From: Desulfobacteraceae bacterium
Lineage (GTDB): Bacteria; Desulfobacterota; Desulfobacteria; Desulfobacterales; SURF-7
Assembly (NCBI GenBank): GCA_003599865.1
Contig: QZKS01000012.1
Location: 5,875-69,874, forward strand
DNA length: 64,000 bases
Direction of reading: 5' to 3'
Below the pieces are notes generated by a model. That model ran no database searches. It was not told the origin of the DNA and saw nothing but the letters and a program-made list of their open reading frames with translations. This document shows, in pieces, positions 40,186-49,729 of the stretch (position 1 is its first letter; every line of letters begins with the position of its first letter). The translations under genes and the position numbers were made by a program.

Positions 40186-40689
40186 ATGATGAAAAAAACC
40201 CTGCAACTACTCAACAATGAAGAAGGTTCCCTGATTGCAATCGTCCTGCTGCTGATGGCAGTACTCACTGTGATCGGAATCTCAGCCAGCAATACGGCCA
40301 TTACCGAATCCCAGATTGTCCGGAATGAAACCAGCTACAAAAGGAGCTTTTTCCGTGCGGAAGCTGCCGCCATTGAAGCGATTCAGCGTCTGCAAGATGA
40401 GATGAATCTGGATGTCTTTCCACCGACCTACCTGATGCCCATTGGTACGATTACCACGCCGAATCAACTTCTTGATAGAAATGATCCGGCTTGGGGCAGT
40501 GCCGTGTCGTCGGGCTTGGCCAATCCGACCACGGATGTGGAGTTTCTCGCGGTTTCCACAGGAATCCAAACCGGAAGTTCCATGGCCATGGGTGCCGCCC
40601 AGGTTCATTCCTATGTGGTATACGGAAGAGAACAGGATGCTCGCGGAGGCGATGTTATCGTGGGCATCGGCTATACCAAACCGTTTTAG
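40186..40689 (+). CDS. pilX: PilX-like minor pilin (PilX N-terminal domain)
   Basis: EEG|SLIAIVLLLMAVLTVIGISASNTAITESQIV has no Glu+5, as is typical of PilX. Confidence 0.7.
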   Translation: MMKKTLQLLNNEEGSLIAIVLLLMAVLTVIGISASNTAITESQIVRNETSYKRSFFRAEAAAIEAIQRLQDEMNLDVFPPTYLMPIGTITTPNQLLDRNDPAWGSAVSSGLANPTTDVEFLAVSTGIQTGSSMAMGAAQVHSYVVYGREQDARGGDVIVGIGYTKPF

Positions 40690-40734
40690 GTTTTTGCAAT
40701 ACGGATGACAACGGTCAATACCGGAGGTATGACA

Positions 40735-43700
40735 ATGAAACAAAAATATCTTATGACAATAATCGGCATTTTCCTTCTGGTGATCTTCACCTTTCCCCAA
40801 GATTCCCATGCGCGAAATGAGAGGGATGGCGTCACCTGTTCCACGGCCACCACGCTGAGTGCACCTGGTTCCACAACGGGTTATATCTCCACGCATGATA
40901 CCGATTACTTTGCCATCAATGTCACCACAAGCGGTGTCATGACGGTCTATACGACAGGCAGTACGGATACCTATGGCTATCTGCGAAATTCAAGCTGCAA
41001 CAAAATCGATGAAGATGATGATAACGGGCCTGACTACAATTTCAGCATTACTTATGCCGTCTCTACTCCCGGAACATATTATATCAATGTGGAAGGCTGG
41101 AACGCATCGACTACCGGAAACTATACATTGGTGGTGGAAATGATCGCGGATGATCACGGCAATAACTGTACGGATGCCACACCGGTTGGAACCTCATCCG
41201 TCACCGCCGGAAATATCGAAACCAACGGAGATAAGGATTATTTCAAAATCGTCGTTCCCAGTGAAGGCCAGCTTACGGTATATACTACCGGAGGCACCAA
41301 TACCTTCGGCCGGTACTACAATACCGCCTGCAACCAGCAGGGATCCGATAATGATTCCGGAGTCAGTACGAATTTTCGGATTCAGCGGGATGTTACTGCA
41401 GGAACCTACTATTACTCTGTGGAGGAAAACGGAAACAACAGCACCGGTGCTTATGATTTTAACGTTGAATTCATCAGCACCGTCACCTGGTCCATTACCG
41501 CCGGCGTGACCGGAGGAGTCGGGGGAACGATTTCACCGGCAGGAACCGTTACCGTTACCGACGGTTTTTCCCAATCCTATGCCATGACGCCCAGCCCCGG
41601 CAATACAATCAATGATGTCAAGGTGGACGGGGTTTCCGTGGGTGCGGTATCTTCCTATGCTTTTACAGCGGTATCGGCAGACCACTCCATTGAGGTCACC
41701 TTCCAGGTGCCGGCTCACCTGTGTACGGATGTCAGCGATATCCCCCTGGACACCCGATTCCGGGCAGCTCCGGCCAATATCATGTTTGTCCTGGATGACT
41801 CCGGCAGCATGGACTGGGAATTTATAACGACTGAAAATGACGGAATATTCTGGACCGGCAGCAGCAGCCACTACTACATCTTTGATAACCCGGGTGACAA
41901 TGTATACAGCGGCCAGACCCTGAGCCGCGGAACCGACCGGAAAACATGGAAAACCCAATGGGCCGGTTATAATAAACTGTACTATAATCCGCAGGTAGAC
42001 TATGTCTCCTGGCCTACCCTTCCCAATGCAGACCCGAATACACCCAGATCCCATCCCAGAATTGCGGGAAACACCCTGAGCCTGGAGGGCAGTTTTGACA
42101 CCATTGACACCGGTGCGGTCGTTATTGATGATAAAAACGCATCCCAGTTCAGCAAAACACCCAATGACGAACCCATTATTATTGATAATGAGGATGCGGC
42201 ATTCTCCATTGTCCAGGAACCGGCATCCGGCGCCTTGAGAACCGGAGAATACTCTGCCCAGGCTTGGCAGGGTACATATCGATACACCAATATCAATGGC
42301 CAGTATACCGTAACCTGGACGCCGAATCTGACGGCCGGAAATTATGATGTCTATGCCAGATGGCAGGATGATGTTAACAACTCGGCAGCCGTAACCTACA
42401 CGGTCGACCAGGGTGCTTCCATAACAACCAGCTATACGACCGACCAGAGCACCAACGGAGGCAACTGGGTTAAGATCGCTTCGAATATTGCCATTGCAGC
42501 AGGCTCCGGAACCGTGACCCTGAGTCATAACCGGACCAGCAGCAGCGACCGAGCTGTTGCCGATGCCGTTCAATTTATACCCACCGGTGACCATTGGGAA
42601 ACGGCAACTAGTTCAAGTGCCTATGATGATGATTATTACTGGACGCCCTTGGATACGGACGGCACCTACCCGACCTATGCATCAGCCTGGGTGCCCAACC
42701 TTGCCGGCAACTATAACATCTATGCCAGATGGGTGTCCGGAGCGGACCGTTCCAATGCAGTTAGTTATGTAGTCAAACATACAGGTGGATTCTCACCGTA
42801 TATTGTTAATCAGACAATAAACGGCGGAACCTGGCAGCAGCTTGGAGCCGGAACATTTACCCTGGATGCCGCCTCCTTTATCTACCTCTCCCACACCCAG
42901 AGTGCGACAGACAATACCGTTGCCGTTGCCGATGCCATCCGCCTGGTGCCGGCAGCCACATCGACCATCAACATTAAAAATGCCCATTACTATGTCTGGT
43001 CTGCATCCGAAAACAAACCGTATCTGGTGATACTGGACGGCAGCACCAGCTCCATCCTTTACTATGCGGTCAATGAACTGGCAACCGGAACAGCCGGTGT
43101 CGTGGAGCCGGGGGAACTCAACCTTGTAGCCGGCGCTCCACCGGATGATGTAAAAACCGATAGAACTTATGTGGAGGAACGGCAGAATTTTGCCAACTGG
43201 TATTCCTTTTACCGGAAACGGGAGCTGACAGCCACCGCTGCGATTTCCAGAACCATTTCCCAGATGCAGGGTGTGTATGTCGGAATCAATACCATCAACC
43301 ATAATATCCGGCAGCCTGTACTCGGTGTCAAGGCAGGAGGTGTTGATGAGACATCCATCCTCCTGAACCTGCTGTACAACCTGAATATCAGCGCACAAGG
43401 GACTCCGCTTAGGACAGGACTCCGGGATGTGGGCCGGTATTATGACCAGGATGACAATATCAAACTGAACGGCACTGCCGGCAATGATTCGCCCTTTGCA
43501 TCCGCTGCCAACGGCGGTGCCTGTCAGCAGGCGTTTGCCATTGCCATGACAGACGGATACTATAATGGCTCCGATCCTGGCGTAGGAAACCAGGATGCTG
43601 CGGACAGTGCGACACCAACCTATGCAGGGGTGCCCTATGCGGACGGATATTCCAATACCCTTGCAGACGTTGCCATGAAATTTTACAAGGAAGACCTTTC

Positions 43701-46410
43701 CAATACTCTGGACAACCTGATCCAGGGCAATGATATGGACCAGGCCACACACCAGCACATGGTCACCTATGGCGTGTCTTTCGGCGTCAGGGGAAATCTG
43801 GTTTCCCGATCGGAAAATCCGGCAAGCTTTGATTATGACTATGACAACCCGCTGGACCCGGCCAACCCGGTTTATCCCACATGGCCCAATCCAACCAGCG
43901 GTGACCAGGAAAAGATTGACGATCTGATGCATGCCGCACTCAACGGCCGCGGCTTGTTCCTGAGTGCATCCAATCCGGATGAATTGATTGAATCCCTGTT
44001 GACCATCCTGGAAGACGTTGAATCCAGAATCGGGTCCGCCTCTTCGGTTTCCGTGAATGGAGACGAGCTTTATGAAGAGGTCAACACCAGCCTCCGGATT
44101 TTCCAGTCCAGCTATGACAGTGAAAACTGGTCCGGCAATGTTCAATCCTTTGGGATCAATACATTGACCGCCGAGGTGGAAACCGACACCCCATTCTGGC
44201 AGGCCCGTGATGAAATGCAGAGTCAGGACTGGGATTCAGGACGGATCATCGCAACCTACAACGGAACTTCCGGAATTCCGTTCCGGTATGCCAACCTTTC
44301 CGTGCCAATGCAAACCATGCTGAACGCCAATGCCGTAACTGCCCAGAAAATACTCAACTATATCCGGGGCAATCATTCCGATGAAGTTGAACAGTTAGGA
44401 ACATTCCGGGACCGCATATACAAATTGGGTGACATTGTTCATTCGTCGCCTTCCTACAAACATGGAGTCCTGTATGTAGGCGGAAACGATGGAATGCTGC
44501 ACGCCCTTTATGCGGAAGATGATACCGCCAACGCCATTGACGGCGGGAAGGAATATTTTGCCTATGTTCCCAACCTGGTGTTTGAAAACCTGTATAAACT
44601 GACAGACAACAACTATACCCACGAGTATTATGTGGATCTCACGCCCAAGGTATCGGATGTGGATTTTCTGGCCGGCGCAACCCGGATTACCACCCTTCTG
44701 GTGGGAGGCCTTGGCGGAGGCGGCAAGGGATATTATGCCCTGAATGTATCCGGACCGGATCCTGACAACCCGTATCAGCCGCCTGTCATCACGGATGAAA
44801 CCACACTGGCCGGAAAAGTCATGTGGGAATATCCGGATGCCGGAACAGCAACCGTTACCAAAACCATCACCAATGCATCCAATGAAAGCCCCATCGTGAT
44901 TACGGCCTTATCCCATGGTTTCTCAACCGGAGATATCGTTGAAATCACCGGTGTGGTCGGAAACACGGCAGCCAACGGCACATGGAACATTACCGTCGTA
45001 GATGCCGCGACATTCAGCCTGAACAGCTCCACCGGAAATGGCGCCTATACATCCGGCGGAACGGCAACCTACTCGGAAAGCGATTATCTGGGATACAGTT
45101 ACAGCACGCCCAATATCCTGAAATCCAACGATAACGGGAGCTGGATTGTTCTTTTCGGAAACGGGTACAACAGCCCCAACGGCCATGCGGTTCTGTTTAT
45201 TCTGGATCCTGCCGACGGTTCCCTGATCCGGAAAATCGATACCGGAGCGGCCAATGCAGGTTCACCCAAGTGTAACGGCCTTTCCTCACCGGTGGCCATT
45301 GATATCAACAATGATCAAAGGGTCGATTATGTGTATGCCGGAGACTTGCAGGGAAACCTATGGAAATTTGATCTGACCAGCTCCAATCCTTCGGAGTGGG
45401 AATCCGCATACAAGGACACGTCAGGAACCCCCAAACCGCTGTTTCAAGCCATCGGTCCGGACGGCGTGACGGTTCAATCCATTACCACCAGACCGGATGT
45501 CATGAGCATGAACAAGGTCAACCGTGACGGCTACCTGATCCTGTTCGCCACCGGCAGATACCTTGGTGAAAGCGATACCACCAACACCAGCACCCAGACC
45601 ATTTATGGAATCTGGGATTACGGCGATGACTGGGATGACCAGGAATATCTCGGTTCCTTTACCCGGGGTGCCACACCGCTGAGCAACCAGCCATCGACTG
45701 TAAGCCTTCTGGAACAGACGGAAATCATCAATGTGGATACTTATTCCGTCGGTTCCGTCACGCAATATGAAGTCGATTACACGACAGCCGTGGACACGGT
45801 GGATGATGCGGCAGGGGCTCTCAACAATATCGACATGTCCGGGGATCCCATTACGGCAGATGACTACAAGCCCAATCCGACCGTACACGCCGGATGGTAT
45901 TTTGATCTGCCCATCTCCGGAGAGCGCGTCGTCACCGAACCCCTGATCCGCGGCGGAAATGCCATTGTCATCTCCTATATACCGGAAAACTCCCCATGCA
46001 GCTCCAGCGGTGAATCGGTTATTAACGAGATCGATGCCGCCTCCGGTGCAAGATTGAACGAAACCCCATGGGACATCAATGAAAACGGTACGTTCGATGC
46101 ACCTGAGTTCGATGCCGACGGAAACCTGGTCAGCGAAGGAGATTACCTTATTTATAATTCAACCGCTCCGGATTCGACAACAGCCAAAGGAACGGTCGGG
46201 ACTTATGACGGTACGGATGTCTATATTGTCGCTCCTTCCAGAATCAAAAAAACAGGAAGGCTGATGTCCCCGGCCATCGCGAGCCTGCCGGATGGAGAAT
46301 TAAAAATCATGAGTTCCTCGACTGCCAATGTCGCTAACAAAAATATCGAGACCGTGAGAGAACAGGGGCCGACCTTCGGCATCCGGTACTGGTTTGAACA
46401 GCAACAATAA
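40735..46410 (+). CDS. pilY1: Giant PilY1-like pilus tip adhesin (~1,890 aa): two PPC-like domains, B-repeat, split vWA with inserted tandem carbohydrate-binding-like domains, C-terminal PilY1 beta-propeller
   Basis: Signal peptide MKQKYLMTIIGIFLLVIFTFPQDSHA (ATG at 40735, 7 nt after GGAGG). MIDAS DDSGSMD at nt 41794-41814, AIAMTDG, the PilY1 hallmark KLGDIVHSSPSYKHGVLYVGGNDGMLHAL (nt 44422-44508), and the Ca-site-like DINNDQRVDYVYAGDLQGNLWKFDL. Confidence 0.85.
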   Translation: MKQKYLMTIIGIFLLVIFTFPQDSHARNERDGVTCSTATTLSAPGSTTGYISTHDTDYFAINVTTSGVMTVYTTGSTDTYGYLRNSSCNKIDEDDDNGPDYNFSITYAVSTPGTYYINVEGWNASTTGNYTLVVEMIADDHGNNCTDATPVGTSSVTAGNIETNGDKDYFKIVVPSEGQLTVYTTGGTNTFGRYYNTACNQQGSDNDSGVSTNFRIQRDVTAGTYYYSVEENGNNSTGAYDFNVEFISTVTWSITAGVTGGVGGTISPAGTVTVTDGFSQSYAMTPSPGNTINDVKVDGVSVGAVSSYAFTAVSADHSIEVTFQVPAHLCTDVSDIPLDTRFRAAPANIMFVLDDSGSMDWEFITTENDGIFWTGSSSHYYIFDNPGDNVYSGQTLSRGTDRKTWKTQWAGYNKLYYNPQVDYVSWPTLPNADPNTPRSHPRIAGNTLSLEGSFDTIDTGAVVIDDKNASQFSKTPNDEPIIIDNEDAAFSIVQEPASGALRTGEYSAQAWQGTYRYTNINGQYTVTWTPNLTAGNYDVYARWQDDVNNSAAVTYTVDQGASITTSYTTDQSTNGGNWVKIASNIAIAAGSGTVTLSHNRTSSSDRAVADAVQFIPTGDHWETATSSSAYDDDYYWTPLDTDGTYPTYASAWVPNLAGNYNIYARWVSGADRSNAVSYVVKHTGGFSPYIVNQTINGGTWQQLGAGTFTLDAASFIYLSHTQSATDNTVAVADAIRLVPAATSTINIKNAHYYVWSASENKPYLVILDGSTSSILYYAVNELATGTAGVVEPGELNLVAGAPPDDVKTDRTYVEERQNFANWYSFYRKRELTATAAISRTISQMQGVYVGINTINHNIRQPVLGVKAGGVDETSILLNLLYNLNISAQGTPLRTGLRDVGRYYDQDDNIKLNGTAGNDSPFASAANGGACQQAFAIAMTDGYYNGSDPGVGNQDAADSATPTYAGVPYADGYSNTLADVAMKFYKEDLSNTLDNLIQGNDMDQATHQHMVTYGVSFGVRGNLVSRSENPASFDYDYDNPLDPANPVYPTWPNPTSGDQEKIDDLMHAALNGRGLFLSASNPDELIESLLTILEDVESRIGSASSVSVNGDELYEEVNTSLRIFQSSYDSENWSGNVQSFGINTLTAEVETDTPFWQARDEMQSQDWDSGRIIATYNGTSGIPFRYANLSVPMQTMLNANAVTAQKILNYIRGNHSDEVEQLGTFRDRIYKLGDIVHSSPSYKHGVLYVGGNDGMLHALYAEDDTANAIDGGKEYFAYVPNLVFENLYKLTDNNYTHEYYVDLTPKVSDVDFLAGATRITTLLVGGLGGGGKGYYALNVSGPDPDNPYQPPVITDETTLAGKVMWEYPDAGTATVTKTITNASNESPIVITALSHGFSTGDIVEITGVVGNTAANGTWNITVVDAATFSLNSSTGNGAYTSGGTATYSESDYLGYSYSTPNILKSNDNGSWIVLFGNGYNSPNGHAVLFILDPADGSLIRKIDTGAANAGSPKCNGLSSPVAIDINNDQRVDYVYAGDLQGNLWKFDLTSSNPSEWESAYKDTSGTPKPLFQAIGPDGVTVQSITTRPDVMSMNKVNRDGYLILFATGRYLGESDTTNTSTQTIYGIWDYGDDWDDQEYLGSFTRGATPLSNQPSTVSLLEQTEIINVDTYSVGSVTQYEVDYTTAVDTVDDAAGALNNIDMSGDPITADDYKPNPTVHAGWYFDLPISGERVVTEPLIRGGNAIVISYIPENSPCSSSGESVINEIDAASGARLNETPWDINENGTFDAPEFDADGNLVSEGDYLIYNSTAPDSTTAKGTVGTYDGTDVYIVAPSRIKKTGRLMSPAIASLPDGELKIMSSSTANVANKNIETVREQGPTFGIRYWFEQQQ

Positions 46411-46426
46411 AGATGATGATCCGGTG

Positions 46427-46472
46427 GGCTTCCCGGCCGGCATAATCTGCCGGGAAGCCTTCCGATTCTTTT
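46427..46472 (+). terminator. Hairpin after pilY1
   Basis: Perfect 11-bp stem GGCTTCCCGGC / GCCGGGAAGCC with an 11-nt loop, followed by the T-rich TTCCGATTCTTTT. Confidence 0.5.
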
Positions 46473-46488
46473 GAACAAGGAGGTTTAT

Positions 46489-46845
46489 ATGATAAAACAG
46501 CAGCGGATTACCAAAATTTTTTCCATGATCATGATCCTTTTCTGTGTATTCCTGGCCATGGCCGGAACCGGTCATACACGAGGAAAAAAAGGAGAATGGA
46601 AACTGCCGCAGCACTATCCGGACGGATTTGACGGATATGGCTGTCTGATGCGTATTGATGCGACAAAGGCCGTCATCGATGATTCGGAAAAAAAACTTTC
46701 CCCGGAATTGACTTTTCACACACCGGATGGAAACGACATGCCCCTTGAGCATATCGCACCCAACAGTCTTGTGGGGTATATGGTAAACAAATCCAATCAG
46801 ATCATTTCCATCTGGCTGGTCAGTGAAACATGCGGCAATCCGTAA
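46489..46845 (+). CDS. Small secreted protein of unknown function (118 aa)
   Basis: AAGGAGG RBS. The signal peptide MIKQQRITKIFSMIMILFCVFLAMAG has no prepilin G|F..E motif. No family recognised. Confidence 0.5.
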   Translation: MIKQQRITKIFSMIMILFCVFLAMAGTGHTRGKKGEWKLPQHYPDGFDGYGCLMRIDATKAVIDDSEKKLSPELTFHTPDGNDMPLEHIAPNSLVGYMVNKSNQIISIWLVSETCGNP

Positions 46846-46905
46846 CCTGCGCCGGGTTATGGGCTTCGCGTCATATTCCTTCCCCTTGCGAACCCAGAGA
46901 ATACA

Positions 46906-46947
46906 TGTCAATATGATATGACGAGAAACAGTCATATCATATTGACA
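46906..46947. repeat. Perfect 17-bp inverted repeat with 8-nt spacer
   Basis: TGTCAATATGATATGAC-GAGAAACA-GTCATATCATATTGACA in the intergenic region. No U-run on either strand. Confidence 0.9.
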
Positions 46948-47111
46948 ATAAAGGGATAATATTTCATGTCTATCCCAGTGGGACGCATGTCCTGTTGCGC
47001 GATACGAATTTTCTATTTTTCAAGGCACTTAATCTTCCCCTGCCGGACCCATCGAAAACTAACATTTTGTTTTTTTTGATCAATTTTATTTTTTATCCTT
47101 TTCCAATACAT

Positions 47112-47127
47112 TGGCCTGATTCTTGTA
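47112..47127 (+). promoter_or_regulatory. Weak candidate sigma-54 promoter
   Basis: TGGCCT-GATTC-TTGTA has the correct GG-to-12 spacing but GT instead of the conserved GC at -12. It lies 67 nt upstream of the ATG at 47194. Confidence 0.25.
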
Positions 47128-47193
47128 TTACTCTAAATCAGCTTTAACCAGATACCGCGCATACCTGAATGATATTCCAAAAGGAAAAAACAC

Positions 47194-47589
47194 ATGTTAG
47201 TCAACCCAAGCATATTACTATATTCACATCCGATTGAAAATACAGGAGCATATCTGCAATCACTGGTAGAGACAATCGTCCTTCGGGAAAATATCATCAT
47301 TGCCCGTCATATGGACCAGCTGGTCAAAATCCTTCGTCAACCCCTGAACGGTGTTGTTGCCGCCATTATCTTTGCGAACAATGAAGAGGAACTGCATGAG
47401 CTGATTGCCCTTCAGGATCAGCTTCAGCGAATCCCCTTTATCCTCATTCTGCCGGATCAGGAAAAGGAATTTGTCACCAAGGCCCATTCACTGAGACCCC
47501 GTTACCTTGCCTATGCAGACAGCGATCTGTCCGATGTGAGAGATGTATTTAAACGAATCGTAGGGAAAGCCAACAGCGTCTGGCATTAA
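47194..47589 (+). CDS. Hypothetical protein, receiver-like alpha/beta pattern without acidic phospho-acceptor pocket
   Basis: 131 aa. Alternating hydrophobic strands (ILLYSH, VAAIIFAN, FILILP) resemble a CheY fold, but the DD and D positions are not conserved. AAAGGAAAAAA lies upstream. Confidence 0.45.
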   Translation: MLVNPSILLYSHPIENTGAYLQSLVETIVLRENIIIARHMDQLVKILRQPLNGVVAAIIFANNEEELHELIALQDQLQRIPFILILPDQEKEFVTKAHSLRPRYLAYADSDLSDVRDVFKRIVGKANSVWH

Positions 47590-47659
47590 ACCATCCGGCC
47601 AGGGCAAAGGAACCTGTCATACCCCATGGAATCCAAACGCGAACATAAAGGAAACACAA

Positions 47660-47908
47660 ATGGAAAAACAAGCATTGCTTAAATACCTTGAAGAGGGGTT
47701 GCGGCACATACTATGTATGAACATTGATCCTGACACCCAGGAATCGATCAATGCCGCCATTGCCATGTTTATTATCGAAGATGCCAGCAAATATTCGGAA
47801 CAGGAGTTGATTACCAATTTCAGCACCATGGAAAAAGGCCTCACACTGTTCATCGAATACCTGGAAGCAAGCCTGGTTCCCGATATGGCCGCCTACACCA
47901 TCCATTAG
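47660..47908 (+). CDS. Hypothetical small protein (82 aa)
   Basis: Open frame with AAAGGAAACA upstream. No motif recognised. Confidence 0.35.
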   Translation: MEKQALLKYLEEGLRHILCMNIDPDTQESINAAIAMFIIEDASKYSEQELITNFSTMEKGLTLFIEYLEASLVPDMAAYTIH

Positions 47909-47924
47909 GGCCATACGATCCATT

Positions 47925-49496
47925 TCACATTCTGACATCCACCTTTCCATTCAAGTATTTTTTTACATCCCCGACCGGGACCTCTCTTCGATGAAAAATC
48001 CCTGCTGCAAGCGCTGATTCCGCTTTGGTTTGAGAAAATACTTCATAAAAATGTTCCACACAACCGGCTCCGCTGGACGCGATTACCGGTATGGTTACGG
48101 CATTTCTGACCAGATTGATCAATTCGATATCAAACCCTGCGTTGGTTCCGTCCCGGTCAATACAATTCAGCAGGATCTCCCCGGCTCCCAGTTCTTCACA
48201 CACCCTGGCAAGTGTTGAGGCATCCAGGTCACGGCCTTCCCTTCCCCCTTTGATGGTGCATTGATACCAGCAATACTGTTCACCGCCGGGACCGGGGAAC
48301 CGGGTTTCAATGACCGGATGTGCGACTTCTTCCGGGGAGTTGACATATACCCGCCGGGGATCAATGGAAATGACAACCGCCTGGTTTCCATAAACCCTCG
48401 CGATCTCCTCAATGGCGCTTTTTCCGGTTTTCCTTCCGGTCTTCAGGTACTCTTCCACAACCAGTACCGCATCGCTGCCGATGGATACCTTATCGGCTCC
48501 GGAACGAAAGTATTCGGAGGCCACCTCCAGCGCGGAATAGTTCCTGCCGTCCGCATCCGTATAATCCCGGATTCCGCCTCCGATGGTCAGGGGCACAAAC
48601 ACATTTTTCGATGTCTCCTGAAGCACCTCCAGCATGGGCATGTCTTCCAAAGGAAAATCCCGGAATCCGGTGATATTCAAAAAAGTGATCTCATCCGCCC
48701 CTTCCTCATAATACCGGCGGGCCAGTTCGACCGGTTTGCCCAGATTCCGGACATCCCCTTTCTCCCGCACATCATACTGATCTCCCTTGGTCACCACCAG
48801 GTCTCCCTGATCATTGGACCGGACATCCAGACAGGCGATAATCCTTTTGGAAAGAGTTGTTTTCCGGGTGACCACTTTGGGAAGAGAAGCCTTGAGGTTC
48901 CGGTCCAGAAAATTTTTTAAAATGGAAAGCCCGGTCTGCCCGCTTTTCTCCGGATGAAACTGGGTGGCAATAATATTTCCTTTCCGGACGGCACTCACGA
49001 ACTCATATCCATAATCGGTTGTCGTCAGCACAACTTCATTGTTTTCCGGTACAACGTGATAGGAATGCACAAAATAAAACCGCTCATCTCCCGTGAGGTC
49101 ATGAAAAATCCGCGACGGCTGTTTGATATTGATGCCGTTCCACCCGATATGGGGCACGGAAAGGTCTACATCAAAACGCTTTACGACGCCCGGTATCACA
49201 CCCAGCCCCCGGATGCCGGGAGCCTCCTGGCTGGAATCAAATAAAGCCTGTAATCCCAGACAGATCCCCAAAAACGGCCGGTTTTCCGCCAGATAATCGG
49301 TGAGCGGCTGCACATATTGTTTTTCATTCAAAATCCGCATCATACTGTGGAAATTCCCAACCCCCGGAAACACCAGTTTTTCAGCGGATCGGATATCCTC
49401 TGCACCGGAAACCGGTTTCACGGTTTCCCCCAGGCGCTCGATGGCATTGACGACACTTCGAACATTCCCGGCTCCGTAATCCAATAAGGTGATCAT
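47925..49496 (-). CDS. Fused imidazole glycerol phosphate synthase (HisH glutaminase N-terminal + HisF cyclase C-terminal, eukaryotic HIS7-type architecture)
   Basis: 523 aa. N-terminal HisH: [30 protein letters not shown] linker follows, then HisF: RIIACLDVR...[67 protein letters not shown]. Confidence 0.9.
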   Translation of the reverse strand: MITLLDYGAGNVRSVVNAIERLGETVKPVSGAEDIRSAEKLVFPGVGNFHSMMRILNEKQYVQPLTDYLAENRPFLGICLGLQALFDSSQEAPGIRGLGVIPGVVKRFDVDLSVPHIGWNGINIKQPSRIFHDLTGDERFYFVHSYHVVPENNEVVLTTTDYGYEFVSAVRKGNIIATQFHPEKSGQTGLSILKNFLDRNLKASLPKVVTRKTTLSKRIIACLDVRSNDQGDLVVTKGDQYDVREKGDVRNLGKPVELARRYYEEGADEITFLNITGFRDFPLEDMPMLEVLQETSKNVFVPLTIGGGIRDYTDADGRNYSALEVASEYFRSGADKVSIGSDAVLVVEEYLKTGRKTGKSAIEEIARVYGNQAVVISIDPRRVYVNSPEEVAHPVIETRFPGPGGEQYCWYQCTIKGGREGRDLDASTLARVCEELGAGEILLNCIDRDGTNAGFDIELINLVRNAVTIPVIASSGAGCVEHFYEVFSQTKAESALAAGIFHRREVPVGDVKKYLNGKVDVRM

Positions 49497-49729
49497 CTGT
49501 AATACCTGTTGTTTTTTAAAATTATCTGCACTATATTAACGCACAGCGTTCATACCCCTGTTGTTCATCCTGAAAAGAAAATAACGTATATGCCTTTTTT
49601 GCACAACTGAAAACAAAAAATCACAGCGATTCTTATTTTGTCGATCCCCTTGTAATCCTGTCTTTCATGGTTACATTGGCGATTGCTTTTTTATCGTAAC
49701 TTTGAACCGTATTATGCACAGGAAAAAAA

